A stretch of DNA of 64,000 nucleotides. Source: Podarcis pityusensis. Taxonomy: Eukaryota. The stretch lies in the NCBI GenBank assembly GCA_964106645.2, contig OZ067045.1. One strand, 5' to 3'. The notes under the pieces were generated by a model. The model was given only the letters and a program-made list of their open reading frames with translations, made no database searches and was not told the DNA's origin. Positions within the stretch are counted from its first letter, which is position 1; each line of letters starts with the position of its first letter. Both the position numbers and the translations under genes were made by a program. This document shows, piece after piece, positions 36,460 to 49,407 of this stretch.

Positions 36460-38026
36460 TATTATTCATTAACCAATTTACACAAAATGTGAATTTCACA
36501 GAAAATGTGTAGTTTTCATACAGAGTGCCAACACGAACGCAAAGGTTATGCTGCCAATGTGCACAATGTGTGTACATTTTAATTGCAGACTTTTTGTGCA
36601 CACAAAATGGGACAGGATCTATGACCGAGTGCCCGTGAAGCTGAAACAGAACAGCAGTTCATCCCTATTTATATCCTGCCTCTCCATTGTCCTACTTCAG
36701 GTAGCAATAAACCACAAAAAAATTACACAGAGTAATTAGAAGAAACCAATACAAAACATAATCTTGATAATCCAGTGAAAAAATGAACAGCCGCTGACAA
36801 CTGTTCATCTTCTATCAACCGTTTTAATGAACTTAAAGAAGTTGAATTAATCATCTTAGATCAAAGAACTCAAATTAAAGACATGCAGATTTCACATGCT
36901 GCCACCAAATGCAAGTGTGGAAATAGCTCTTCCATTCAATTTCTTCCCTCCTTTAAAAGGAATAATTTATTGAAACAAATTTTGAGAAATACACTGGTAT
37001 AAGAAGCCCAAGTAATGATACATATGTTCACGTAAAGCTATACTTTTTTTTTGTTAAGCAGAGCAGACCTTGTAGATATGGACCAGTGGTGAGCATTTTG
37101 TATTTTGATCCCCAACCAATTCCCCATCTCTGAAAAGTCAGGAACAAAGCTAGTGTGTGATATCCAAAGCTTGTCCTACTCAGAGTATACCCATTGAAGT
37201 TAATAGACAATGTTTTGCTTCAGTATTCAGGAGATGGTAATATGTTCTGAACCTAGTCTGATTGGTTTTCAGTTACATTCTTGAGTCTGCGGGTTCACTT
37301 CACTCTGTGACTCACTGGCTGGTTGACGTGCAAATGTGAACCCTGATTAGAACTGCAAATTAACAATTTGGACAAATTAAGAACTTGAAAGGTGACTATG
37401 CATGAGTTCATAAGGCTTAGATGTCCTTGTACTGTTCCATTTTCAAGACTGATTTGTTTCTTCCATTTTCATTGTAAATGGAAGGATGAACATTTTAACA
37501 TGTGTACAGAGTTTATTTTCTTGTCACTGTTACCACTTTTCTAATTTAGGGCCCCTTCAAATGTCCTTTTTATTGTGCATTCAGAATTATTTGTGCTCAT
37601 GAAGGTACAGGTTTTGTAAAACATACAATCCCACTTTCAATGCTGTTTATGCCTGCAAATGTTCTGGGGCAGACATAATGCTTCATTACCAATTGGTACA
37701 TGTCACATAGTCTCCTGATGAAATCTTGCAACTTTTCATATCACATTTTTTTTAAAAAAAAATATCTTGCTTTTGTTGTGCTAAAGTGCAAGAGTGCCCT
37801 CCCAGAAAGCAATTGTGCAGCAACACTGGGGAAACACCACAGAATAACGAATAAAGCGGAATGTGGTGTGGACAGTTCCGAATATATCCACAAACAAAAC
37901 AAAACAAAACTCTCCAAGCTAGAGGGGCCCTCATTACACACAACCTGGTTTTTAAAACTTATCTGGTTTCACCTGTTTGTTGACTTAGCGAACTGATACA
38001 TTTCCACTGGCAAAGAACTATTCAAT

Positions 38027-38136
38027 GGGTTGTATGCAATGCTAGTTCTATTCAGAGTCGAGCCATTTAAATCATGGACATAACTTGCAGGTTCATTAAT
38101 TTCTATGCGTCTACTCTGAGTAGTTGGATACAACCC
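38027..38136. mobile_element. Short palindromic MITE
   Basis: TIR GGGTTGTATGCAA / TTGGATACAACCC. Related pieces near 6440, 9690-9780, 37160. Confidence 0.65.
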
Positions 38137-38814
38137 AGTCTTTCCACAGTGCGCAATGCCATTAGGATCTGTAGTTTTTGTTTTCGTTGGACACCTCTAC
38201 GAAGACCTTGAGCATAGATTTATGCAAAACAAAACCTCACCCACTGATGATCCTACGCTGGGAACAATGCAGTGTGAAACTTCAGGTTGGCATGACAATG
38301 CAGTAGAATGTCCACTTCCCACTCAGACAGGATGGATGGTTTCTGTGAAATCTTTTTGGGTTGGGTGTGGGAGTTTCATGGAACACATTGTTTGTGAACT
38401 GCCACAACTGGGCCAAAGAGGCTGCCAGGCTCTTTGATACAACATGAATCACATCTCCCTGGAGCTCTGTGGCCAAGAATGTTGATGAGTGGTTGGCACT
38501 GAGCTTCCAAACAAATTAGAATGTAACGAGAAGTACATGGATCAGTACATAATGGCAGGCTGCCTCTGCATACTTTCATATATCACAACCACTTTATTTG
38601 TGTTTGCAAAACAAGGGCAAAGGCTTCTTTTCCCCCTCTCTCTTTTTTAAATGGTGCACCCAGGCTCCACATAGTCATACCATTCAAAAATGCCTGTTTA
38701 ACTGTACAAGTGCCAAAACACGTTCTCCAATTTCTCAAAAGTTTCCTTCCATTGCAAAATAGGAAGATTTCTTCACAGAACTCTAGCCCAATGGTTGCCA
38801 TCAATTTGAACTGA

Positions 38815-38930
38815 ACTGATTTTATAATGAATTGATTTTAGAATGCTGTATTATTTTACTGTTGTTAGCCGCTCTGAGCCCGGCTTCGGCTGGGGAGGGC
38901 GGGATATAAATAAAATATTATTATTAGTAG
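38815..38930 (+). mobile_element. Young L2-type 3' tail
   Basis: TTAGCCGCTCTGAGCCCGGCTTCGGCTGGGGAGGGCGGGATATAAATAAAATATTATTATT with CpGs intact. Confidence 0.65.
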
Positions 38931-39991
38931 TAGTATTAAAAGAGATTTCCAATTTTTCTGCCTCATTCTCAGGACACTTCAGAATTTCTTGAAATTATTG
39001 GTGGGTTCTGAGGTTCCCTCATTGTTGTACGGTGGCCGAAGGCATGGATGGGTAGGAGGGTTAGATGGAGAAACAATCCAGAATTTGGACTGAAAAGTGG
39101 ACTCACCTGATTTGATCTGGGTGGATCGTGACTCAGATCAGATTGTGAATCCATTTTAGGGTTCATCCAGACTTCTCTTTCTCCCACAATTTCTTCTATT
39201 TGCTAGGCATGGGCCTGAGAGGTTTTTCTTCTCTTCCTGCAACTTTCCACAGTAAAACCTACTGTTTAGTGCTGTAATGGAACAGACGTTAATCTGCTGG
39301 TTGATGTTTGCTCCAAATCAACTGTAAACAGCGGGTTTACAGGTAAAAGTGGAGGTACCAAAGAAAACCCTCTCAGACCCATGCCTAGAAGCCATGGACC
39401 AAACAGAAGTATGGACAAGCCCTTAGTCTGCTTTAGACTCTGCAGTCCTGCAGATCCCATTACTGCATGGTCTGAAGGCAACAATGCTGAATTTGTCCAT
39501 TCTCTTTCCCCTCCCCTTTTCCAAAGCTCCAGAAGTCATCCAGGCACGGACAGCCTGAAGTAGCTAGCGCAGGAGGCTTCTTGCTGTTAAATGTTAATAG
39601 AACAGAGCATGTCCTCATGGGAGTGATGTTTCATTGTTCTCAGAGGGAACTGTACAGAAAAAGCCCATGGCTGTCCCCTTATAAACTTGGGGCTTATATG
39701 CTCCTCCTCCTCTGTTTCTTTCTGATGCAGCCACAAGAAGGAGATTGGAAGCTTCTGCTTCCATTTTTATCTAACCACTGTAAAGCATCATGCCAAAATT
39801 CTGATAAATTGTGCTTTGTTTTAACTATGGGTTGTAGAAATACACCAGTTTCAAACCATGGTTTATTATGCTTGTTTGTTTCTGTGAACCTATAGTTAGT
39901 TAAAAACAGAAGCAACAAGACCCATGTTCAACCACGTAGTGTATAGTGTTGCTTACAGTTACACCATAGCAGGGCCCTGAGACTCTGAAAA

Positions 39992-40123
39992 NNNNNNNNN
40001 NNNNNNNNNNNNNNNNNNNNNNNNNNNNNNNNNNNNNNNNNNNNNNNNNNNNNNNNNNNNNNNNNNNNNNNNNNNNNNNNNNNNNNNNNNNNNNNNNNNN
40101 NNNNNNNNNNNNNNNNNNNNNNN
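39992..40123. other. Assembly gap (132 N)
   Basis: Run of N. Confidence 1.
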
Positions 40124-41315
40124 CTGATCAAAGTTTTCCCCCCAATGTAGTTAAAGAATATGTTTCTGATAATCTAATTGGCAGCATTTTTGTCAGCTCT
40201 TAAAACTTTTTAGAAGCACTTTTTCCTCATCATGTACAGGTTATTAAGAGTTGCGCAATGAAAGTGAGAAAAATGAAACAAATAGGACAAATGAAAGACA
40301 TTTAGTCATGGGTTCTTGCAGTTAGCCTTCTTTGACTCCTTGCTTCTGGGACAAGTGACTTGAGGGAGAGGTTAACCCTACAGAATTCTTACCAGGTTTT
40401 CCACTGAGCTCAGTGCATGCTGGGAGAAGCTTTAGGGGATTAGTCCGCGCCGTGTGACCACAGATGAGGTACAGATGTGATCAATAAGGCTCATGCTTTA
40501 TGTACTACCCTATCGACGCTCAACTCCCTCGATTTCTGAAGTTCTCCAGTAACCTAGGACAGAACATTTTTCGCCTCACAGGGATGCTGTGTGGATTAAA
40601 TCATTAATGATGGGAAAGGGCTTTGAAGTCTGAAACACTCTTTCTGCCAAGTGTTAAGTACTAATATGTCCTAAGTCACCTCCCCCCACCCCCTCTCCAC
40701 GTCCGCCACTAACTTCTTAAATGGCCACACACCCTACAGAGGCTGAGCTTCAAGGCAGCTAGATATTCAACCCTGAGCTCCAGTTAGTCTGCAGCTGGTG
40801 GAGCTCATGCAAATGTTCTCCAGCTGAGATTTTTTTACCTCTCAAATCTCCACCAAGTAGATGAAATCAAAACCTTTGCCAAAAAAATAAACAAAAAAGG
40901 CTATGACATTTTCCTTTCCATTTTATCCAACCGGCTGCTTTTAAACATATTTCTGCCCCCTCTTTTTATGGCATTAACTTCTGCCCCTTAAAGTCCTGCA
41001 CTGAACATTCTCTAGGAGGGCTTATGGGGCATTGCAGGAGCCACCCACAAGGCTTCATCACAGCTTTTGTAACAATCCTGCATTCAAGTTCACTTGTACT
41101 GCAGCCCTATGCAAAGTTCCTCAGAAGAAAGTCTCAGTCGACTCAACTTACTTCCAAGATTAGAGCTGAAAAATGTGGAATCTCTTCACTTACAGAATAT
41201 GGCATTAGTTTAAGGGAGGACTTTACCATCATCATTTATCAGCTGAACCTTTTCACCTATCTAGAAGCAATCTTCTGAAGGCTTGACTATTGGTTTAGCA
41301 GGTTGCTGGTGAGTA

Positions 41316-41574
41316 CTGTATTTTTCGGTCTATAAGATGCACCAGACCACAAGACGCACCTAGTTTTTGGAGGAGGAAAACAAGAAAAAATATATTCTGA
41401 ATCTCAGAAGCCAGAACAGCAAGAGGGATCGCTGTGCAGTGAAAGCAGCAATCCCTCTTGCTGTTCTGGCTTCTGTGATAGCTGTGCAGCCTGCATTCGC
41501 TCCATAAGACGCACACACATTTCCCCTTACTTTTTAGGAGGGAAAAAGTGAGTCTTATAGAGCAAAAAATACGG
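41316..41574. mobile_element. Tc2/pogo-like MITE with internal hairpin
   Basis: TA-CTGTATTTTTCGGTCTATAAGA...TCTTATAGAGCAAAAAATACGG-TA; internal inverted arms CAGAAGCCAGAACAGCAAGAGGGAT / ATCCCTCTTGCTGTTCTGGCTTCTG. Confidence 0.85.
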
Positions 41575-41754
41575 TATTTTTCAATAGCTGTGAGGTGGAA
41601 CAAGAAAATCCTGATTTTGTTGGACGATAGCATAACATGCATGAGAATCCTTTATGCTAGCCTTCCTTGGGTCAGTTCCTAGATCAGTTGCCTTGAAAAC
41701 TGCAGGGTTGGTGAGTCTGTGCTTTACTTCAGCAATATCTACTTAGGCATGTGC

Positions 41755-42080
41755 CTTAAGAATGTAAGAACCCTGCTGGATAAGGCTAAAGGCCCACCTG
41801 GTCCAGAATCCTGTCTCCACAGTGGCCAATCAGATGCCCGTGGGAAACTTGCAAGCATGACCTGGGTGCAAAGGCACTCTCCCCTCTTGTCATTCCCAGC
41901 AACTGATATTCAGAGGCGTTCTCTTTCCGACAGTGGAGAAAGAACATAACCACCATGGCTAGCAGCCAACGAGAGCCTTATCTTCTAATAATTTGCCTAA
42001 CCCTCTTTCATAGACACCCAAGTTGATAGCCATTGCTACATCTTACAGGAGCAAATTCCATAGTTTAACTATGCGCTGTG
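41755..42080 (-). mobile_element. CR1 LINE 3' fragment
   Basis: Reverse complement of the same CR1 3' end (AAATTCCATAGTTTAACTATGCGCTGTG). Confidence 0.8.
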
Positions 42081-43419
42081 AGGAGGAGGAGAAGCTGAAA
42101 TCGAGATACGAGTCATTCTATAGGCTGGGTCTGACTTTGCTAACCTGATGCCCACAGCTCTTCAAAATCTGTGCTGGCTGGGGCAGAAGGGAGTCGTAGT
42201 TCAAAACATCTGGAGGGCATCAGGTGGGCAAAGGCTGGGCTAGATGATGGAGCAACCTCCCAATGCCTCCTCACACTACATATCAGCTGTGGGAGAGAAA
42301 CAGAAGCCAGTGTAAATTTGTCTAGCGTAATTGGGCATAATTCTGGAAGTCTCATGCGGGTTGTGCAAGAGCGTCATATGCTTGCAACAATAAATATCTC
42401 CTTGCAGATCATGATGTGCTGACAACAGAGGAGAAGCAACAATCTGGGCATGGCCCAAGTTAATAATGTACATTCAAAGAGATTATACAGATACCGGGAG
42501 CATGTTTAGCAAAGCCTCTATTGTTTAGCTTACCAGTTTCCCTGGTGACAATGGAGTAATGCGAAGCAGTAGGAGGAGAAGCAAGGGCTGCCTTAGTTGA
42601 TTGCTATCTGTGGCCAGGTGGGGCTCTTGGCAGATGTGTGTTTACAGAGTGCTTTAAATGAATTTAAGTAATTGTTGAGATTGTTTGTGTGTGTCAAGAA
42701 GGTAGCCTACAAAAGCATTTCCGATCATGCTACTTACAACAGTGATTACTTTGGAGGAGGAAGTAATATGGAGAGAGGATTCTTGCAAACATGGTTTTAC
42801 TTTGTTTTGCAAGGGTGCTTAAAGGGGCAGCTGGAGATACGTATGGGAAAGAAACTCAATTCAGTTTGCACTCAAAGGCAAACCTACCTCATTTGTGTAG
42901 GAAACTGTAGTCAGACATAACTATGCATGAGTGTTAATTAGTGCATGAAGGGGTTAAAATCATAGAACTGTGTTCCTAGACCCAGTTAGGTCATGCCCAC
43001 CTTCTCTTCCTGTTCTCTCTCTCTCTCCCCATGCCATGTAACTGACCAAGATATGTCTAAGTTTTGCTCCAAGCTTAGAACACATGATTGAAGTTATCTC
43101 TGTATATTTTATACCCAAGACTTTTTTTAACCTGTGTTCTCCTTGCTGCTGCTTGAAAAAATGGAATTTGTAAGTAAAGCATTTAAACTTACTTAACAGT
43201 GTGGTCTGTTCATTGCAGGAATAGAAAGAGGGGAGTACTTGGCACACTACTAAACAGGATAAAAGGATTTAACAATCTATATTCCTAGTGCTATACCACT
43301 GCTTGACTTTTGTGCTACTAGCGGCTCTCGCCTGCTGAAGAATGAATTTAGCCCTGAATTTTGAATCCAGACACCCAGCTGATTCTTTCCACACATATGG
43401 GCCACAAGGATTCATATTT

Positions 43420-43841
43420 TTTCATCCCACAATTTGCACTTCCCTAAACAATTCACAAACTGAAGCATAGCCATTCTCCAAGATGTGCATTTCTTTCTTA
43501 AGATAAATAATTTTAAAAGGGAAAAAGAAATTTGCACTTCTCTGAATTTTGTACTGCAGTTCTCTAGCCAAGCAATGTATACAGAAATGCATATGGCAGG
43601 GTACAGTGTGCATAAAAATACATGTATTTGTGAAAATAACATGCAAAAGTGCATTCTTTTGGGGAAATTGGTTTGAAAAAACGATGTGTATGTTAGGAGA
43701 AATTTGCACTAAAATGATGAATTTTCGCAATGATTCTCTCCCCCCCCAAATAAATAAATTGCAAAGTAAGGTGGAAATGTGGAGAACCGAAAAACATTGG
43801 ATACCGAGAGAAACTAAAATTGACAGACTCGCTCATCCTAG
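43420..43841. mobile_element. Old AT-rich non-autonomous DNA transposon family
   Basis: Similar AT-rich sequence (GTGATGTGGAAAT-like core, CATCC(C)TA end) recurs near 5130-5450, 16120-16450, 23790-24090, 33780-34160, 56450-56775 and 57551-58695. Confidence 0.55.
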
Positions 43842-43926
43842 CCTGAGGGGAGGGAGCAGGTGCCACACTGAGCATTCCATGTACAGGAGCGGGCCACACT
43901 AGCAGCTGAAACTTGTTTTAATATTA

Positions 43927-44078
43927 GGAACATAGGAGGTGAGTCAGACCATTGATCCATCTATACTGATTGCCAGTGGCTCTCCAGGCTTTCAGACAGA
44001 GGACACTCCCTGGAGATTGAACCTAGGACCTTCCACATGCAAGGTTGATACTCTGCCACTGAGCTATGGCCCTTTCCC
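43927..44078 (-). mobile_element. tRNA-derived SINE (Squam3-like)
   Basis: GGAACATAGG tail, GATTGAACCTAGGACC, CCACTGAGCTATGGCCC head. Confidence 0.75.
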
Positions 44079-44895
44079 ATTAGGGGAATTAGAATAGGAT
44101 AGTTTCCTCCACTGCACTTAAGGAGTGCAGGCCAGTCATGGGGTTGCAGATGCTTCGCATGGCACACAGCCCTGTTCTCCAAGCAAAGGGTGCAGTCAGG
44201 AAGAACGGCTGCTGCTCCTGCCCCCAAAATCCGCCACTTGTGACTGATGCCTCACTCTGCTTCATAGGAGAGCTGGCCCTGTGTATGTAAAGTGTCATCT
44301 TTTCACTGTTTTTTCCTTACTGTGGAAAGCAATACTTTGGACTAAGGAATTTGAACCAAGCTCTTTCGAAGCCAACCATTTATTGACAGAATCATGGCAA
44401 AATTAAAATGCTAAGTCATGTGCAAATTTGGGGAGGGTGGGAGAAAAAAGGCCAAAATAAAGGCATATATGCTGCAGAGGATTGTGGGCTCAAACTCTAC
44501 AGGGCAAAATTCAGATTGGATCTAGAAACCGAGTGGAAGGCATGAAAACCATGGAGGACAAAGTGATCGATGGCTATCCTTGTGGGCAGTAGTTCTTCTG
44601 AATTCCAGTTGTTGGGAACCACAGAAGGGAAAGGTACTCTTGTGCCCAGATCCTGATTACTGGTTTCCCACAGGCATCCAGTTGACCACTAGCCTGATCC
44701 AGCAGCTGTGCTCTGTCCTAATCCAACACATTAACCACAACTCCCTAATGATAAATGCAAGTGGCCGTTTGTTTAATGTGAGACAGGAGCACAGCTAGTC
44801 ATATGACAGAGCCACCTAGCTTAGTCCCATCAATGCAGTGGCTCTCCAGAATTGCAAGTGGGGGTCTTTTCCAGCCTTGCTTGTAGACCCCAGGG

Positions 44896-45245
44896 TAGGA
44901 GTGGGGAACATTTTCCAGTCGAGGGTCACATCCTCTTCTGTGGGCCACAAATCACTGGTGGGCAGGGGCAGAGGCAAAAGTGGATAGAAGAAGGGATGTA
45001 AATTTCACCTTTGTATAGTTTCTAGACACAGGGACACACACCTCCATCCAGGTAAGTAAGAAGCATTATCAGAGTTTAAGGACTCATTCCCGCCAGGTCA
45101 AAAACATGCAAGGAGGACCCAGAACAGGGCTGGTGAGAAGTGTGGCCTAGGGAGAAGGTGTGTGGCTTGGGGAGAGTCTTGAGGGCCAGATAGCGAGGTC
45201 TGGAGGGCCACATCTTGCCTCTGGGCCTAAGGTTCCCCACCCCTG
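44896..45245. mobile_element. hAT (Charlie-like) MITE, degraded
   Basis: TAGGAGTGGGGAAC...GTTCCCCACCCCTG termini; TSD weak. Confidence 0.65.
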
Positions 45246-45688
45246 CACTAGTGAATGCAAAGGAGACACTCTACGGCCTGCAAAGTGTTCCTCCTCGCAC
45301 ACAACCACCAGACTGGTGTCAAGCCTCATCTACCATTGCTTCACTTTCTTCTGACTAGAGTAGTTTCCAATGTTCCTGGCACCCAGATGCTAGCTAAAGA
45401 ACACCTGCAAGGGGAGGCCAGGACAGCATTTATAGAAGGTGGTGGAAAGCCTCTCATTCCTTACCTTGGGCTGACGTCAGCTTAATTCGTTTAATTCGTT
45501 TAATTCATTTGTATCGTTTAATTGACTGAAATTAAGCCACCACTGGGCAAAACAAAGCAAAGCACAACCTTTCAGTGAGGACTGCGTGCTACCAGTTTAA
45601 TTTCTTAAATGGGACGGGGTGGGGGGTGGCATGGTGCCAAAAGCACAGGCTGCTTCTTTACAAGCACGGTCCTGTGGGGAGGGTGGAG

Positions 45689-45689
<1 letters not shown>

Positions 45690-45732
<43 letters not shown>
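45690..45732. repeat. (ATT)n microsatellite
   Basis: Direct inspection. Confidence 0.95.
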
Positions 45733-45734
<2 letters not shown>

Positions 45735-45959
45735 TTACAAGTGGTGTGGTCTCCCCTTGCTGCTTAAAGCTAGAATTTCAAATAGTTTTTTGTCTCGCGC
45801 TTGCTCTAAAACCTGCTCACAAATCAGGAATGCTGCTTTTCTTCTGGTTTGTTAAAGTGTGGAAATAATAATGGAGGGGGGGGGAGAGTTCGCTACTCTA
45901 TTTCCCACCAACCCCCCCACTCCCACCCTGTTTCCCAAACTCTGTTCTGAGAAGGTGGT

Positions 45960-46560
45960 AGTTTGGTGTCATGATTTACAGCTCCTATTTTGTGTTTTTA
46001 ATTGGGAGTTTACACGATAATTTGTGGCTACACCGATTACACTGAGATTATCTTATAAAACGATCTAGGACAGTTGTTTTGGAAACCCTAGGGGCACATA
46101 CCAGCTTCTCCTGCTATTCAGCCAACTGCTGTTGAATTGTTTTTTTTCTTTTTTCTTTTAAGAGGGAGAGAAACAGGGAGAGGGAGAGAAGTAGGCCTTT
46201 CAGAAGTGGTTTGATCTTTTTTGGAAAGGTCAAAGGTCAAATGACTCATAAATGAAGACAGAGTGGTTAAATCCAGAGAACCTTGTGCTGTTATTGTAAA
46301 ACAATATTCACCCACGACGGGGAAAATGCTGTATAAATGACAAACTGTGTAGTAATGGGAGTTGTTATTACATCACCCAGATCTTCACCTGTGCTACATT
46401 TATGACTCCATAAACATAGGTTTATTTAACAGCTGCGGGGACACCTATGGCCACTTTGTGCGAAAGGTCAATGGTCCTAAATTTCAGTCTTGCACACTCG
46501 ACTTTGAGGTTGGGATGCTGCGTTCATAAAATGCGATGCCTCGTATTAAAACACACACAA
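45960..46560. promoter_or_regulatory. Candidate developmental enhancer (motif cluster)
   Basis: TGTCA+TGATTTAC (45967-79), perfect DR1 AGGTCAAAGGTCA (46227-39), TGACTCA (46242-48), several TTTATGA/CATAAA sites; no recognisable repeats. Confidence 0.45.
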
Positions 46561-47213
46561 CTATACATAAATTCTTTTTTAAATGGTGACAAGATAATAC
46601 TAGGAGATGATCGCTAACCATTTTAGTTTTGTCCAAACATGCTTGTCTTGAGTCAGGCCTAGTGTCTGACTTTGAAGCAGGGGTGGCTTGGCATGGTAAT
46701 GAGGATGGGGTCCCACTCCAACAACACCCCAAATCAGGGCAGGATCAAGCCCTCTTGTAGTGATCATGGCTGCAGCTGTCATTGCTGTGGCACTACTGCC
46801 ACATTGGTGGTGGCAGCAGTGCCACTCCTGCTCCAGTGGCAGGCAATTCTTTTGAATAGGTACTAAGATGATTTCCCATACATGGTGCCTGCCTTCCATC
46901 TTGAGTTACCCAGAATGCAATGTCCCAGCCTGTAGATGGGCAGAGGGCATCACATTACAAGCAACTTAAAATGGCTGCTGGCCAGAGTGATGGAATCTTA
47001 GCTTGACTGCCTTTCGAAAGCAACAAAGTAGTCTCTCCCAGCTCTACCTGGAGATGCCAAGCATTGGACCAGGTAAGTGGGTTTGTTGCAGAAAACTCCC
47101 AATCAACTATAATTACAGAACCTGAATTTTCCAGTATGTGATTAAATCTCATCCCCAAACAGTGACAGTCTGGAAGGGCCCTCGGCCAGAATACTGAACC
47201 TTCCAGCTCAGCA

Positions 47214-47938
47214 CAGTGGTACCTTGGTAGTAGAACATTTTGGCTTCCGAACAAATCAGCTCCTGAACGTTGCAAACCTAGAAGTGAGTATTCTGGTTTG
47301 CGAATGTTTTTCGGAAGTTGAACGTCTGACGTGGCTTTCAATTGAGTGCAGGAAGCTCCTGCAGCCAATTGAAAGCCGTGCCTTGGTTTCCAAACCGTTT
47401 CAGGAGTTGAACAGACTCCTGGAATGGACTGATGTATTTTTCCATGTATAAGACGATATTCTTTCCTTAGAAAAAATAGGCAAAAATTGCGGGTCGTCTT
47501 ATACACGGAAAGCAGAGGGGGGATGGCCGATTGGTGGCAACATCCAGCAGGAGATTGGCAGCGGCGATTGGGTGTGTGATTGGTTGCTGCGGCAAGGCCT
47601 ACTGACGATTGGCTGTGGCTGCGGCAACTGGGCGGTTGATTTACAGCAGCGGCGAAGTGAATGTGCAATCGGCTGTGGTTGCGTTGAGTGGGCAGGTGGG
47701 CTTTTGGCTGTGAGTGTGCAGACGATTGGTGGTCACGTCGATGTGTGCGATTTTTAGTTGCGGCCATGCTGTAGAGCAATTGGCGGCAGTGGACCCCCCC
47801 CTCAAAAGCTCAACAACTCTGGGCAATCTCCCCCTCAAAGTTTTTTTTGTTGCAGTCCCAAAAAATAGGGTTTGTATTATACATGGGGGGGGGGGGGTGT
47901 TATACATGGAAAGATATGTAAGAACCAAGGTACCACTG
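47214..47938. mobile_element. Tigger-like MITE carrying a nested Tc2-like element
   Basis: TIR CAGTGGTACCTTGG / CCAAGGTACCACTG; CA on both flanks. Confidence 0.8.
47433..47918. mobile_element. Tc2/pogo-like non-autonomous element with GATTGG-rich internal repeats
   Basis: Ends TGTATTTTTCCATGTATAA...TTATACATGGAAAGATATG-TA; repeated GATTGG/GCGGC units at 47529-47770. Confidence 0.65.
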
Positions 47939-49407
47939 CATTGTCAACTGAGACAGGCCTGGTAGAAGACACACTTTCACTCCCCTCCACACATGTGGGA
48001 AGATGGACTATGGGACAGGAATCACCTAACCTGGCCCTTGGTTGTTTCTGCAGCCACAGATAATCATGGTAACCTTATTTTGCCCCTCACAGAACCAGAG
48101 TTCCCAGCACCTTTAACAGACCACGGTCCCCAGAATTCTTTGGTGGAAGTGGTGGGGTGGGATAGGAGGAGATGTGCTTTAAATGTGCATTCAACATATG
48201 GTGTATATGCAGCCTAACAAAGCTTTCCACTCTGGTTTATGTAAATAGCATTTCTTTAAGAGGATCCAATAAGACTAAGTCACCTAGCAGCTCTGTTAAA
48301 GTAACCTCCCTCATAAGGTTCTAGTGAATCAGGTTTAAACACTTGGGGGGGGGGGTAGTCAGTTTCCTTTGTATTTAAAGATTGAACTGCCTACTGAGAG
48401 ATGTAACAAGCTGGCTCTTATTTGGCATTGTTTAGAGCTCCCCCCACCCCGCCCCAGTAATGCCACAGACACATATCTAGCACAATGTTCTCTTGCCATC
48501 CCCACCCATCTTGTTGCTTCAGGTGTTGCCCTGTTGCTCAGTCATTGTTAGCAGATTCTGAACAAATTTGCAACAACAGTCCAGCCTTCCAAAAGGGATT
48601 ATGATGACTAAACCAATAAACCCTTGTCGGCTTTCACGGCCTTCTAGTTTAACAAACTTTCCACGCTATATGGTTTGATGCCAATTTGCTTATATTTTGG
48701 ATTATTATAATTTTTTGGCCTGTCTGTTTGGTGATCACTTATTACTCCAAGATTATGAGATAATTACTGGTGTTTTTTTAAGGGTGGAGTATTTTTTTTA
48801 TTGTGTATGTGTGTGTGGGTAGTTGTAGAACACAGATGCGATCAGATTTTTATTTTTTTAAGGGACAAAAGGACATGAAGCAATCAAGCAGCTGTCATGA
48901 AGCAATGGTAGACATATCTTTCTTCAGCAGCGTTTGATAACTCGAGCTGTAATCTTGGCAGTGGTGATATAATTAAGGATGTTGATGACACTCCCTTTAG
49001 TCTTTTTTATGACTGCTTGTTGCTGTGAATCTACTTAAGAGCAATAGACTGTAATTAGCAATGAATCTGCTGATATGCAAATACGAGATTGAGCATGGTG
49101 ATTTTGCAAGGCTAGTCTTGTTCTTTCCTCATTTGCCTGCCTTCTACCTGGGGAAAGTTTAGAACCCAAGCAAAATGTGTTCACTAGCCTCAAAGAGGAC
49201 CATGATTTGAATCACATTTCCTTCTGCACAAGTTTCCAGGCTGCCCAAGCCAGTAGTGGGTTGGACCAGGGGCATAAGTGAGAAAAATAAACACTCCCTC
49301 ACAAAAGCAGAGCAATGAATTTATTTTAAACTGTGGGATCTTCAATATGCAGTCAATAGCTTCTGCTTCTCCATAGCCTGTTCCACAAGTGGAGCAGTTC
49401 TATATGA

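Noticed and set aside
46955-47779. 274-aa ORF
   Set aside because: Runs across nested MITEs and GC-rich internal repeats; no recognisable domain.
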